The notes under the pieces: generated by a model
The model's input: the letters and a program-made list of their open reading frames with translations, nothing else
What the model was told of the DNA's origin: nothing
Databases searched by the model: none
NCBI GenBank assembly: GCA_043809585.1
Contig: JBDROZ010000022.1
Location: 1 to 64,000 of the forward strand
Source of the DNA: Candidatus Eiseniibacteriota bacterium
GTDB taxonomy: Bacteria > Orphanbacterota > Orphanbacteria > Orphanbacterales > Orphanbacteraceae
Length of the DNA stretch: 64,000 bases
Direction of reading: 5' to 3'
Position numbers and translations under genes: made by a program
Shown: positions 21,310 to 31,142 of the stretch, one piece after another
Layout: the number at the start of each line of letters is the position of its first letter
Numbering within the stretch: the stretch's first letter is position 1

Positions 21310-22861
21310 CCTGGTCGACGACGAGGTACACCGTGGCGACCTGGGCGGCGACGGTCATGAAATCCTTGAACAGCTCCCAGTAGTCCCGGTCCGGTTTTTC
21401 CGGGATCCAGATCGTGTCCCCCGGTTCGAGTTTCGTCTCCCCCCGATCGAACCAAATCCCCGTCGAACCCTTGATGATGCGGATCTTCCCTTTCGAAGCC
21501 CGTGCCGCGTATCCCCCCGCCCTCGTCACGTAGTAGCGGTAATCCTCCCCCTCCTTGAAGGGGATGCGGCCCGGATTGACGATCTGACCGCTCACGGTGA
21601 TGGTCCGGGAAAGCTGGGGAACGGTGATGATGTCCCCCCGGCGGAGAAGGACGTCCTGCTCCGGGTCTCCCCGGCGGAAGAGCGCCTCGAAATCCACGAC
21701 CACCTGTTCCTTCTTCTCCCGGGACCTCATCTTGAAGTAGGCGTACTCGTCCTCCGTCATGTCCACCACGGGCATTGTGCGGAGCCTCTCGTACTCCCGG
21801 TCTTCCGCCTCGCTCAAGAAGGACTGGCGCGTCAGCGTCGCTTCGTAGAGATCCGCGTCCTCCGTGAATCCTCCGGCCCGGTTCACGATGCCGGCGAGGC
21901 GTTCCGACCCTTCATCGACCACGTAGACGCCCGGGTACTTGACCTCTCCCGTCACGAGGACTCCCCGGTGCAGATGCCACTGCGGGACTCCGCGGACGAA
22001 GATCTCGTCTCCCGAATGCACGAACAGGTCCGGTTCCCCGCTGGAAGGCGGGTCCTTCATGAAGTCGACGCGGAATCCGCTCGTGCGGGAAGGATCGTCC
22101 GAAAGGAACCGCCGGATTTCGACGTCCTCTCTCACGGCGTCGTCCGTGAAATCACCGGCGATCCTCAGGAAGTCGGAGATCTTCTCGCCGGGCACGACCT
22201 CGTAGGTTCCGGGCAGGGCGACCATACCGAACACCGTCGCGTATCCCAGAGCCACGGGAACCAGAATCAGGTCGCCGTCGGAGACGAACGGATTCCACTT
22301 CCGCTCGCCGAGCCTCTCGAAGCGGAGGACGTCGGCCAGGGCCTTGCTGCCGTCGGCCCTGTGGATCGCCACCCTTCGCCGGGAGCCCTTCTCGAGAAAC
22401 CCCCCGGCCATGTCGATCGCCGCGGAAACCCGGGTCACGGGAGTGACGATATACGTTCCCGGGTCGTTGACCTGTCCCAGCACGTGAATTTCGAAGCGCC
22501 GGAGCTTCGTGAGGGTGAACTGGATCTCGACGCCCCGGTAGTACCGGGAGAGGACGCGAATCACCTCGCTCTTCGCCTGCCGCAACGTCATGTCCGCGAC
22601 CGCGATGGATCCCGCCGGAGGCACGACCACCGTCCCCTCGGGGGTTACGGGCACCGTGAAGGACTGCTGGGCCTCCCCCAGCATGGTGACCACGAACACG
22701 TCCCCGGGACCCACCATGTAGAGCGAGTCCGAGATCGTGCCCTCGCTCACGTGCAGGGGCGAGATGCCGGTCGCGCTCTCCTGGCCCGGGCAAGGCGACG
22801 CGGCCAGAATGGCCAGGACGAAAAGGGCGGCGAGGGAACCGGCTTTCTCGAAGATACGCAT
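21299..22861 (-). CDS. Polysaccharide export protein (Wza/KpsD-like, multiple SLBB domains)
   Basis: Signal peptide, YMVGPGD and repeated V-x-G-x-V-x-x-PG-x-Y...AGGF SLBB units. Confidence 0.88.
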   Translation of the reverse strand: MRIFEKAGSLAALFVLAILAASPCPGQESATGISPLHVSEGTISDSLYMVGPGDVFVVTMLGEAQQSFTVPVTPEGTVVVPPAGSIAVADMTLRQAKSEVIRVLSRYYRGVEIQFTLTKLRRFEIHVLGQVNDPGTYIVTPVTRVSAAIDMAGGFLEKGSRRRVAIHRADGSKALADVLRFERLGERKWNPFVSDGDLILVPVALGYATVFGMVALPGTYEVVPGEKISDFLRIAGDFTDDAVREDVEIRRFLSDDPSRTSGFRVDFMKDPPSSGEPDLFVHSGDEIFVRGVPQWHLHRGVLVTGEVKYPGVYVVDEGSERLAGIVNRAGGFTEDADLYEATLTRQSFLSEAEDREYERLRTMPVVDMTEDEYAYFKMRSREKKEQVVVDFEALFRRGDPEQDVLLRRGDIITVPQLSRTITVSGQIVNPGRIPFKEGEDYRYYVTRAGGYAARASKGKIRIIKGSTGIWFDRGETKLEPGDTIWIPEKPDRDYWELFKDFMTVAAQVATVYLVVDQATK

Positions 22862-23072
22862 GCGAAGGCACCTCGGAAGCCCGGACGGACGGACGCCCGG
22901 TCCGGCGGCCCGGACCTGCAGTGACGAGATCCACGAAGATGGCCGCATTATCCCAAAACCGGACGGGGCGGTCGAGGAAAAGATCTCCCGCCGCCGCGCG
23001 CACGGGGGGAGATCGGCTCGCGCGGCGCCCAGGCGCCCTATTACGCCGGGGCGCCCCGGAATCCCGCGGGCC

Positions 23073-24254
23073 TCACCGCTCCCGCGGGCCGGAAGAGAGC
23101 AGATCGTCGACCCTCGCCGCGACCCTGTCCCAGGAGAATCGTCGTCGGACCGAGACCCTGCCCTTCTCCCCCACGCGGGCGGCTCGAACCGGATCGCGAA
23201 GCAGAGACACGGCGGCGGCGGCGAATTCCTCCGGCCCGTCGCGGACGACGATCTCGGTCTCCGGCTCCGCCGCGAGGCCCCGATTCCCCGGAGACGAAGT
23301 CACCACCGGCAGGCCCGACGCCATCGCCTCCAGGATCTTGTTCTGGACGCCCGCCGCAAAGCGAAGGGGCGACAGGAACACGGTCAGACGTCCCAGCGCC
23401 TCCCCGAGGCTTTCGGTCGGCCCGACCACGGTGGTCCCGTTCGCTCCGTCGAGTTTCCGGAGGGCGGGCGAGTGCCCCTGTCCGATCAGTTCGAGCCGGG
23501 CGTCGGGGACGCTCTCCAGGATTCGGGGCATGATGTCGAGGACGAGGTGTCGCGCCGCGTCGATATTGTGGGGCACCCCGAAATTCCCGAGAAAGCCGAG
23601 GACCTTCGCGGAACGGGCCGGCGAGACCTCGAACAGCGATTCATCCACCCCGTTCGGGACGACGGTCACCGGAGCGTCCGGCGACATGCGGAGGATCTTC
23701 TCTCTGTCCGACTCCGATATGGTCCACACGTCGTGAAAGCGCCCGGCCGACTCGGTCTCGTAGCGGCGTATCTTACCGACCTCCAGTTTCAGGGGAAGCC
23801 TCATCGGAAGCGGACGGTGACGGATCGACGCCGCGAGCTCGGCCGATATGCAATCCGTGAGGTCCAGCACCCTGAGCGCACCGTCCGGCTCCGGCGCGAA
23901 CGGAGCCATCCGGAAGAGGTGGGTGTAGACGAGATCGAAGCGGTGCCTGCGGAGCCGGCGCTCCACGGCCCGGCTCATCCCGGGAGAGCGGTAGTAGAGA
24001 ACCTGAAAGGGGAGCTTCGACATGGACCGGGTGAACATGTTGACGTAGGAAGCGCGCCGGGTCAGCACCACCGCCTCAGGCCGGCAGTACGGCTCCAGTG
24101 CGGCGAAATGGCGGGTCTCGTCGGCGGACTCCACGAACGTGAGCAGGTGGATTTCGTGATCCCGGGATAGCCGCTTGAGGAAGTTGTACGTCCGGACGCG
24201 GTCGCCGCGGTGGGGCGGATAGGGGAGTCGCGAGGTGAGGAATAATATCTTCAT
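23073..24254 (-). CDS. Glycosyltransferase family 4
   Basis: MKILFLTSRLPYPPHRGDRVR and AAGVQNKILEAMASG. Confidence 0.88.
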   Translation of the reverse strand: MKILFLTSRLPYPPHRGDRVRTYNFLKRLSRDHEIHLLTFVESADETRHFAALEPYCRPEAVVLTRRASYVNMFTRSMSKLPFQVLYYRSPGMSRAVERRLRRHRFDLVYTHLFRMAPFAPEPDGALRVLDLTDCISAELAASIRHRPLPMRLPLKLEVGKIRRYETESAGRFHDVWTISESDREKILRMSPDAPVTVVPNGVDESLFEVSPARSAKVLGFLGNFGVPHNIDAARHLVLDIMPRILESVPDARLELIGQGHSPALRKLDGANGTTVVGPTESLGEALGRLTVFLSPLRFAAGVQNKILEAMASGLPVVTSSPGNRGLAAEPETEIVVRDGPEEFAAAAVSLLRDPVRAARVGEKGRVSVRRRFSWDRVAARVDDLLSSGPRER

Positions 24255-24355
24255 GGCTCCGCGGCGCGTTCGAAACCGGACCCTCCACCCTCTTCCCGGT
24301 CCGAAGAACATCGAAAAGCAGCATACCAGAGGCCCGGCACGCAGACAACGAGGCG

Positions 24356-25525
24356 TTACAAGGGCCGGCCTTCCGGTTCCGGGCGATCCCGGGGCGCCTC
24401 GCTCCGGCCCGGCCACGGCCGGAGGTCGAGCCGGGAAGAGAGTGCCCGTATCACCTCCGCGACCGTGATCGCCTCCATGCACTCGTTCGACGCGCGAACG
24501 CAGTGAACCTGGTCGCACGGCGAGCAGGGGTAGCGATGGTCGACGACCAGATGGTCCGGTCCGTAGGGCCCGAACCGAGAGGGATCCTCCGGACCCACCA
24601 GGGCGACCACCGGCGTTCCCACGGCCGTCGCCACATGCATGAGACCCGTGTCGACGGACACCATCGCCCGGGCCCCCGCGATCATGGCCACCGCCCGAGA
24701 GAGCGTCGTCTTCCCCGCGAGGTCGAGCACCCCTTCTCCCCCTTCCGCCGCGATGTTGCTTGCCAGCCCGGCTTCTTCCGTCGAGCCGGTGACGACCACT
24801 CCCAGGCCCCTCTCCTTCCGGACCCAGCGCGCGACGAGACCGAACCGGTCCGCAGGCCAGTGGCGAAGCGGCGAGTGGGCTCCGGGATGCAGGACCACGT
24901 AGCCGTTCGCGAATTCCGGCCGGCCGGCGACCAGGACCTTCGCCCACTCCTCGGCGTCCTTCCGGACGAAGAGACGGGGCCGCGCCCCCCCGGGGGGCGG
25001 GCTGGCGCCGACGATGCGGAGGTTCGTCTCCACCTCGTGCATCGACTCCGAAGAGGCGCCGGTCCGGAGAGCTCCACGCCGGCGGCGCAGCTTCTCCGCG
25101 ATCCGGACCGTCCCGCGGTCGACGCGGTGCACCGCGCCGACACCGAGAGAAACCGCGAGGGAATCCTTGTCGTCCCTGAGCCCCACCACGAGGTCGTAGC
25201 GATCACGGGGGAGGAGCGTCCTGAGGGAAGGGGAAGAGGGGAGCGGGGCGTTCCGGGCAAATGCCCGGCTCCCGTGGACGACGAGGCGATCGACGCTCGG
25301 ATGGCCCTCGATCAGCGGGGCGGACCACGGGCCGACGACCAGAGTGATCTCGGCCCCCGGATAGGCGTCCCGGAGATGATCGAGGGCGGGCGTGGCCGTG
25401 ACCACGTCTCCGATGTGGTCGAGTTTGAAGACCAGGACTCTCTCGATCCGGGAACGGCGGAACATGCCCCGGCCGTTGACGATCAGGGAGACGAAGGCGG
25501 AGATGACGAGGAAGAGGTACTCCAC
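24356..25525 (-). CDS. Glycosyltransferase family 9 (heptosyltransferase-like)
   Basis: KLDHIGDVV, LHPGA, DLAGKTTL and VDTGLMHVA. Confidence 0.88.
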   Translation of the reverse strand: MEYLFLVISAFVSLIVNGRGMFRRSRIERVLVFKLDHIGDVVTATPALDHLRDAYPGAEITLVVGPWSAPLIEGHPSVDRLVVHGSRAFARNAPLPSSPSLRTLLPRDRYDLVVGLRDDKDSLAVSLGVGAVHRVDRGTVRIAEKLRRRRGALRTGASSESMHEVETNLRIVGASPPPGGARPRLFVRKDAEEWAKVLVAGRPEFANGYVVLHPGAHSPLRHWPADRFGLVARWVRKERGLGVVVTGSTEEAGLASNIAAEGGEGVLDLAGKTTLSRAVAMIAGARAMVSVDTGLMHVATAVGTPVVALVGPEDPSRFGPYGPDHLVVDHRYPCSPCDQVHCVRASNECMEAITVAEVIRALSSRLDLRPWPGRSEAPRDRPEPEGRPL

Positions 25526-26712
25526 TCCGGACGGTCCTCCGATCGCGGGGTCCCCCGCAGGAGTTCATCGTAGATGTTCTTGTAAGTCTCCGCAACACGG
25601 CGCCACGAAAAGTGACGGGTGACCCGCGACCGGCCGGCCGCCGCCAGCCGGGCCCGTTCCGCCCCGTCCCGCGCCAGACCCGACAAGATCCGGCCGAGGG
25701 CTTCCGAATCGCCCTCGGGGAATACGAGGCCCGCCTCGCCGATGACCTCCGGGATCGAGCCGCTGTCGGATCCGATCACGGGGACTTCGCACGCCATCGC
25801 TTCGATCAGCACCCTTCCGAACTGCTCCTTGGAGTTCGGCATCGTGATCGAAGGAAGAACGAGCACGTCCATGAGATTCAGCCAGTCCGCCACGCTCCCG
25901 TGCGGGACGCCGGGCTCGATCCGCAGACGGTCGGCGTACCCGCGGGTCCTGACGAAATCCTCCACCGACCCCCGCTGCTCCCCGTCGCCAATGACGAGGC
26001 ACGACCAGTCGGCTTCCACCCGAGGAAGAGCCTCCAGGAGCACATGTACGCCCTTGACCGGAACGAGACGGCCGACGAAACCGATGACGAACGGCCCGAG
26101 ACCGAGCTCGGCCCTCCCTTTCGAGACGTCCTTCTTCCGGAACCGGCTCGTGTCCACGCCGAGGGGCACGAAGCGAGCCGGCTTCCGGAAGCCGCGCGAA
26201 CGGAGAATGCCCATCGCGTCCGCGCATCCCGCCGTGCCGAGATCCGACGATCCCTGCACGATCCGCTGGACCAGCCCGTAGAACCAGGAAGGCCGGTAGG
26301 GGTACCGGAAGCCCGCGCGGAGGTTGTCGAACGTGTAGAAGAGGATCTTCACGTCGGGGCGGATCAGCCGGGCGAGGAGGACGCTCTGGAGGGCGAAGAG
26401 GCTGAACGGCTCCTCGTTCAGGTGCAGCACGTCCGGCTTCGTCCGCGCGATCGCCCCCGCCAATCCCGTGTAGAAGAACCCCCGGTTCTCGTAACCGCGG
26501 AAGCCCGCGCGCCCGGTGAGTACCCGGCAGTTCTCGGCGTCTCTCTCCGCCCGGACCGTGCGCTGATTCTCGATCCACGTCTCCGGAACGAAAAGGGTCA
26601 GATCCACATCCGGATCGGAACCGAGGATCGCGTATTTCTGGCGGTTGGTCTCGATCCCGCCGACGTGATCGACAATCAGGACCCGCACCGGACCCATCCC
26701 CTTCCGTGTCAT
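25483..26712 (-). CDS. Glycosyltransferase family 4
   Basis: FVGRLVPVKG and EQFGRVLIEAMAC. Confidence 0.88.
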   Translation of the reverse strand: MTRKGMGPVRVLIVDHVGGIETNRQKYAILGSDPDVDLTLFVPETWIENQRTVRAERDAENCRVLTGRAGFRGYENRGFFYTGLAGAIARTKPDVLHLNEEPFSLFALQSVLLARLIRPDVKILFYTFDNLRAGFRYPYRPSWFYGLVQRIVQGSSDLGTAGCADAMGILRSRGFRKPARFVPLGVDTSRFRKKDVSKGRAELGLGPFVIGFVGRLVPVKGVHVLLEALPRVEADWSCLVIGDGEQRGSVEDFVRTRGYADRLRIEPGVPHGSVADWLNLMDVLVLPSITMPNSKEQFGRVLIEAMACEVPVIGSDSGSIPEVIGEAGLVFPEGDSEALGRILSGLARDGAERARLAAAGRSRVTRHFSWRRVAETYKNIYDELLRGTPRSEDRPEWSTSSSSSPPSSP

Positions 26713-26742
26713 GACGACCTCCCCCGGGGGGGCGAAGCGGGG

Positions 26743-28197
26743 TCACTCCCGCGCATCGGAACCGTCGCCCGTTCCCCGGCGGAAGATCGCCGCCCGGACC
26801 CGCCGGCGCTCCTCCGGAGTAACCGCCCCGCTCGCGAGAGCTCCTCCCCCGTAGGCGAGGGCTCCGAGCGCGAGCCCCAGGCCCGGATGGAGATCCCTGG
26901 AGAGGAGGAGCGCCCCGGCGAGGAGAATGCCTGAGAATCCGAGCTTGATCAACCGGGCGGCGCCGAGACGGGCCCCGGTGAAGCGAATCACGAACCACGA
27001 GAGCAGGATCAGCAGCAGGACCTGGGTGAACCACGTGGCCCGCGCGGCCCCGAGGTGGGCCTGCCGCGGGATGAGGTACAGATTCAGCGCCACGTTGAGA
27101 AGCACCCCGCCGAGGGAACAGTAGAAGTGAACGCGCTGCCGGTCGATAGCGCCGAGAAGAACCCCGAGGAAGTTGTTCAAGAACACGAAGAAGGCCGACG
27201 CGCCGATCCACCGGAGAACTCCGACCGTCTCGAGGTACTCCGCCCCGAACAGGATGAGCACGATCGGCCGGCTGAAGAGGATCAGCGTGAGGGCCACGGG
27301 CAGGCCGATGGCGATCATGAATTCCCACGATCGGGAGACCGCTTCCCGGAGCCTCTCGGAGGATCCCTCCTTGAGCCGCGAGAGGGCCGGGAACACGGCG
27401 CTCAGGAAGGCGGCGGGCAGATAGACGAGTCCCTCGAGCAGGCGGGAGGCGGCGCTGTACCAACCCACCTCCTCGCTCCCCTTCATGGCGGAGAGCATGA
27501 CCACGTCGATCCGGAAGTAGAAGAGCCCGAGAGCGAGGGCCAGGGCGAAGGGGAGGGCGTCCTTGACGAGCCTCCGGCAGAAGGGGAGGTCCAGGCCGGG
27601 GACGAAGGGAATCCCGAATCGCCGTCGCATGACGGGAACGGAGAAGAGGAGGTTCAGGGCGGGCTCGACGAGGAAGATCAGGGCGATGCCCGCGACCCCG
27701 GCGCCGCGACTCACGGCCCAGAACCCGATCAGAATCGCCAGCACCTTCCCGGCGATGATGATCGCCGACGGGTACTCCATCTTCTCCCGGCCGAAGAACA
27801 CTGCGCCCGATATCGAATAGAGGCCTCCCGCCGCGGTCGCCGCGGCGGCGATGTACACCGGAAGCAGTCCCCCGCCCGCCGCTCCCGTACGGAGGGCGAC
27901 GACCGCCGTCAGGGGAACGAAGATCCCGATGAGCAGGAGCCGGAGAGTGAGAACGTTCGAAACGTACTTCGCCGCCTCCTCCGGCCTCCGGGCGATCTCC
28001 CTCGTGACCACCGGGGAGAATCCGAATTCGACCACCACGCCCAGCAGGCCCGCGAGGGAAAGCGCGTAGGAGAGATACCCGAAGCGGGAGTCGCCGAGAT
28101 GCCTCGCGACGACCGCCAGCCAGACGAGGCCGAGCGCCTTGACCACGAGCTGTCCGGAGAGAAGGGCGGTCGAATTGAGAATGATCCTACGAAGCAT
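26743..28197 (-). CDS. wzx: Wzx-type flippase
   Basis: About 12-14 TM helices. RIDVVMLS..VGWYSAASRL and LIPRQAHLGAA. Confidence 0.85.
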   Translation of the reverse strand: MLRRIILNSTALLSGQLVVKALGLVWLAVVARHLGDSRFGYLSYALSLAGLLGVVVEFGFSPVVTREIARRPEEAAKYVSNVLTLRLLLIGIFVPLTAVVALRTGAAGGGLLPVYIAAAATAAGGLYSISGAVFFGREKMEYPSAIIIAGKVLAILIGFWAVSRGAGVAGIALIFLVEPALNLLFSVPVMRRRFGIPFVPGLDLPFCRRLVKDALPFALALALGLFYFRIDVVMLSAMKGSEEVGWYSAASRLLEGLVYLPAAFLSAVFPALSRLKEGSSERLREAVSRSWEFMIAIGLPVALTLILFSRPIVLILFGAEYLETVGVLRWIGASAFFVFLNNFLGVLLGAIDRQRVHFYCSLGGVLLNVALNLYLIPRQAHLGAARATWFTQVLLLILLSWFVIRFTGARLGAARLIKLGFSGILLAGALLLSRDLHPGLGLALGALAYGGGALASGAVTPEERRRVRAAIFRRGTGDGSDARE

Positions 28198-29668
28198 CGT
28201 GGGCCCCACCGCCCGAGGAGTTCAATGACGAGACGAACCTGCCGCAGACGGCGAGGGCGCCGATGAATGTCCATATGGGCACGTTCACCTTGTCGATGGA
28301 AGGGTAGTGATTGAAGATCCCGTGGACGGCGTATCCCGCGAGTCCCGCCGCCAAACCGACGATCATCTGCTCCCACGGGCGGGCCCTCGGCCCCGCCCGC
28401 CGGCAATCGGAGAGGAGCCGGAGGATCCAGGCGGCCAGGCCGCCCAGGAAGAGGAGGAACACGGCCAATCCGACGACGCCGTTCTCGGAGAGCACGCTCA
28501 GGTAGATGTTGTGGGCCCCCGCCTTCGGACCGGACTCGGTCGTGGAGAGACTGATGCGGCGGTACTGATGGTAGTGGTACGGATAGGCGCCGAAGCCGAC
28601 CCCTCCGACGGGATGGGCGCGGAACATGTTGACCGCGGCCGCGTAACGGTTGATTCGCTCCAGATTCGAGACGTTCGTCTCCGTGTCCACGATGGACCGG
28701 GCGTGTTCGGACAGCGCCGATTCCGAAGCGAGCGCCGCCAATAGCACGATCAGCAGCGCCGCCACGGCCCCCATCACCAGGCCGGTCTTGACGCGGCGAA
28801 ACCCCGTGGCGAGGATCAGGGTCGTTCCCAGGGCGGCGAGGAGGCCCACCCAGGCGGCCCTCGTCATGCACAGCACGAGGGCGGCGAAGATCAAGCCGAC
28901 GGGAACGAGGCGCAGGTGCCTTCCCCGGCGGCCCGTCGACCGGAGAAGGGAGACGACCGCCATGGGGAGCGCGAATCCCAGATAGGCGCCGAAGGTGCCG
29001 TGCTCCGCGAAGAACGGACGGGCTCCTGCGTTGACCGCCTTGAGATCGAGACCGGTCCCCACGATGTTGATCAGGTAATAGGCGCTGACCAGGGCGCCGG
29101 GAATGCTGAAAGCGGCGGCGAACCGGCCGAGATCCCGGGGCGACTTCATGGCGAATCCGGTCAGGGCCAACCCGAAGAGCGCGTACCAGACCAGGTTGAG
29201 CGACGACTTGAAGACCTCCGCGGGATACGCGGTGTAGAGGCAGGACGCGAACGCGAGCGCGATGATGAGGGCGGCGGGGACGCTCACCCGGCGGGGGGGC
29301 AGGAGGACCGGCGCTCCCCGCAGCAGCGCGAGAAGCCACACCCCTTCGACGACGAACAACATCGGCTCCGTCGGGGCCTGAAGGGCCGATCCGGTCCCCG
29401 GGATCATCAGCTCCCGGGAGAACGGCATCAAGGCGATCACCGCGAGGTACGGCGCCCGGTCGGAGACGGCGACAAGAACGACGAACGCGAGTCCGGCGCC
29501 GATCAGCAGCCCGGCCGACGGGCCGAAGCGCGCGATCCCGAGGAGAATCGCCGCCTCGGCGACGAGCACCGAAGCGACCAGGCCGTGGCGCAGGATCCTC
29601 CGGGTCGCGCTATCGTCCGTCCGGGAGGGAAGGGAAATCCGAGCATCCCCGTTTCCGGCCGACATCAT
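28187..29668 (-). CDS. O-antigen ligase / Wzy polymerase family membrane protein
   Basis: Multi-TM protein with TRAAW, SNLER, HPVGGVGFG and AHNIYLSVLSENG. Confidence 0.85.
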   Translation of the reverse strand: MMSAGNGDARISLPSRTDDSATRRILRHGLVASVLVAEAAILLGIARFGPSAGLLIGAGLAFVVLVAVSDRAPYLAVIALMPFSRELMIPGTGSALQAPTEPMLFVVEGVWLLALLRGAPVLLPPRRVSVPAALIIALAFASCLYTAYPAEVFKSSLNLVWYALFGLALTGFAMKSPRDLGRFAAAFSIPGALVSAYYLINIVGTGLDLKAVNAGARPFFAEHGTFGAYLGFALPMAVVSLLRSTGRRGRHLRLVPVGLIFAALVLCMTRAAWVGLLAALGTTLILATGFRRVKTGLVMGAVAALLIVLLAALASESALSEHARSIVDTETNVSNLERINRYAAAVNMFRAHPVGGVGFGAYPYHYHQYRRISLSTTESGPKAGAHNIYLSVLSENGVVGLAVFLLFLGGLAAWILRLLSDCRRAGPRARPWEQMIVGLAAGLAGYAVHGIFNHYPSIDKVNVPIWTFIGALAVCGRFVSSLNSSGGGAHDAS

Positions 29669-29740
29669 CGAACCCGGCGAAGGAGGCCGGCGGGGGGAAG
29701 GGCTTCGCTTTGGTTCATAGTGCGAGCCTCGCTCGGGAGC

Positions 29741-30976
29741 TCAACTCCGGGAAGCACGGTTGCCGCGTGGGAGGCGCCACTCGCCCCGCAGGGTCTGGAC
29801 CATGTGGTCCAGCCGCCGGTGGTTGTCGCCGTCCCCCTTCCAGGAATCGACGGCGTCGAGTCCGAAGGCGATCGTGACGCTGCCGACGAGGGCCAGGATG
29901 AACGAGGCCGCGACGATCAGAGTCCTTCTCGGCCTGTGCCGCTTCTCCGGCGGAGTCGCCCGGTCGAGCAACTGGATCGTGGGCGTGTCGCGGGTCGCCA
30001 TGATCTTCGCCCGCTCCAGCTCCTGCGCGAGAAAGACCTGGATCTTCGACTGGATCTCGACATCCCTTCGCAGACTCATGTACTCGATCGCGAGATCGGG
30101 GAGCCGGTTCAGAGAGGGGTACGGTTTGGAATCTCCGGAGTCGAGGAATGCGCGTACCAGGTCCGTGTCGCCGAGCAATTGAGTCAGCTGCCCTTCGAGA
30201 TTCTCCTTCTGCGCCCGCAGCACCCTCACTTCGGGATAGGCCCCGGTCGCGAAGCTCTCGAGCGCGGCGAGCTTGATCTCGATGGTTCGGATCTCCGATT
30301 CGATCTCCGCCGCGGCGGTGATGAGCGCTTCGGCCTGCGCCGTCAACTCGATCGCGCCGTGCTCCTTCTGGAAGTCCCTCAATGCCGACTCGGCGGCCAC
30401 GACCTGCCCTTCCGTCACCCGGAGACGCTCCTCGACGAACCGCAGGGTCCTCTTTCCCTCGGTCATCCGGGTGTTCTGATTGAATTCGTCGAGAATCCCG
30501 AGGTAGTCGTTCGCCATCTCGGCGGCGCGAACCGGATCCCGGTCCTCCACGATGACCTCGACGAGGCCCTCGTCGCTCACCTTGATCGTGCGGTGCCTGC
30601 GATGTTCCTTCACGGCTTCGTCGAGGTTGTCGACATCGTAGAGCGTCATGAGATCGAACCGTTCGATGATGGCCTCGGATATGAAGCGGCTTCGAAGGAC
30701 GGCGCCGTAGACGTCCGAAGCCGTGGCGAACCAGGGGAGCTTCGCCGTGGCCGCCGCCATCTGGAGGGCTCCGAGCGTCGTCAAGGGATCGACGGACGTC
30801 TCCGGCGGCAGGATGACCGCGGTGGACTGGTACCACTGGGGCAGGAGGAGCGACACGATCACCGCCGCGACGACGACGATCCCGACGTTGGTCGCGATCA
30901 TCCTTCGGTGGCGAAAGAGCGTCTCCATGCCGTCGAGAAGGGAGAACCCCCGCCGCCTGTCGTTCCCGTCCGACAT
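29741..30976 (-). CDS. Polysaccharide chain-length determinant (Wzz/GumC-like, no kinase domain)
   Basis: Two TM helices around a coiled coil. YQSTAVILPP and LDRATPPEKRHRP. Confidence 0.85.
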   Translation of the reverse strand: MSDGNDRRRGFSLLDGMETLFRHRRMIATNVGIVVVAAVIVSLLLPQWYQSTAVILPPETSVDPLTTLGALQMAAATAKLPWFATASDVYGAVLRSRFISEAIIERFDLMTLYDVDNLDEAVKEHRRHRTIKVSDEGLVEVIVEDRDPVRAAEMANDYLGILDEFNQNTRMTEGKRTLRFVEERLRVTEGQVVAAESALRDFQKEHGAIELTAQAEALITAAAEIESEIRTIEIKLAALESFATGAYPEVRVLRAQKENLEGQLTQLLGDTDLVRAFLDSGDSKPYPSLNRLPDLAIEYMSLRRDVEIQSKIQVFLAQELERAKIMATRDTPTIQLLDRATPPEKRHRPRRTLIVAASFILALVGSVTIAFGLDAVDSWKGDGDNHRRLDHMVQTLRGEWRLPRGNRASRS

Positions 30977-31142
30977 GATCTTCCGCCTCGCGCATCGGGT
31001 AAGAAAGCGAACGCCACAGGGAATGAGCGATCCAAGGGTATCCCGAGTCCGTGGACCTTGTCAATCGCGGCCCGGTCCGCGCGAGGGCCCGCGACTTTCC
31101 CGACGCTGCGGATCGGAATCGCTTCGTTGCCCCCCCCTACCT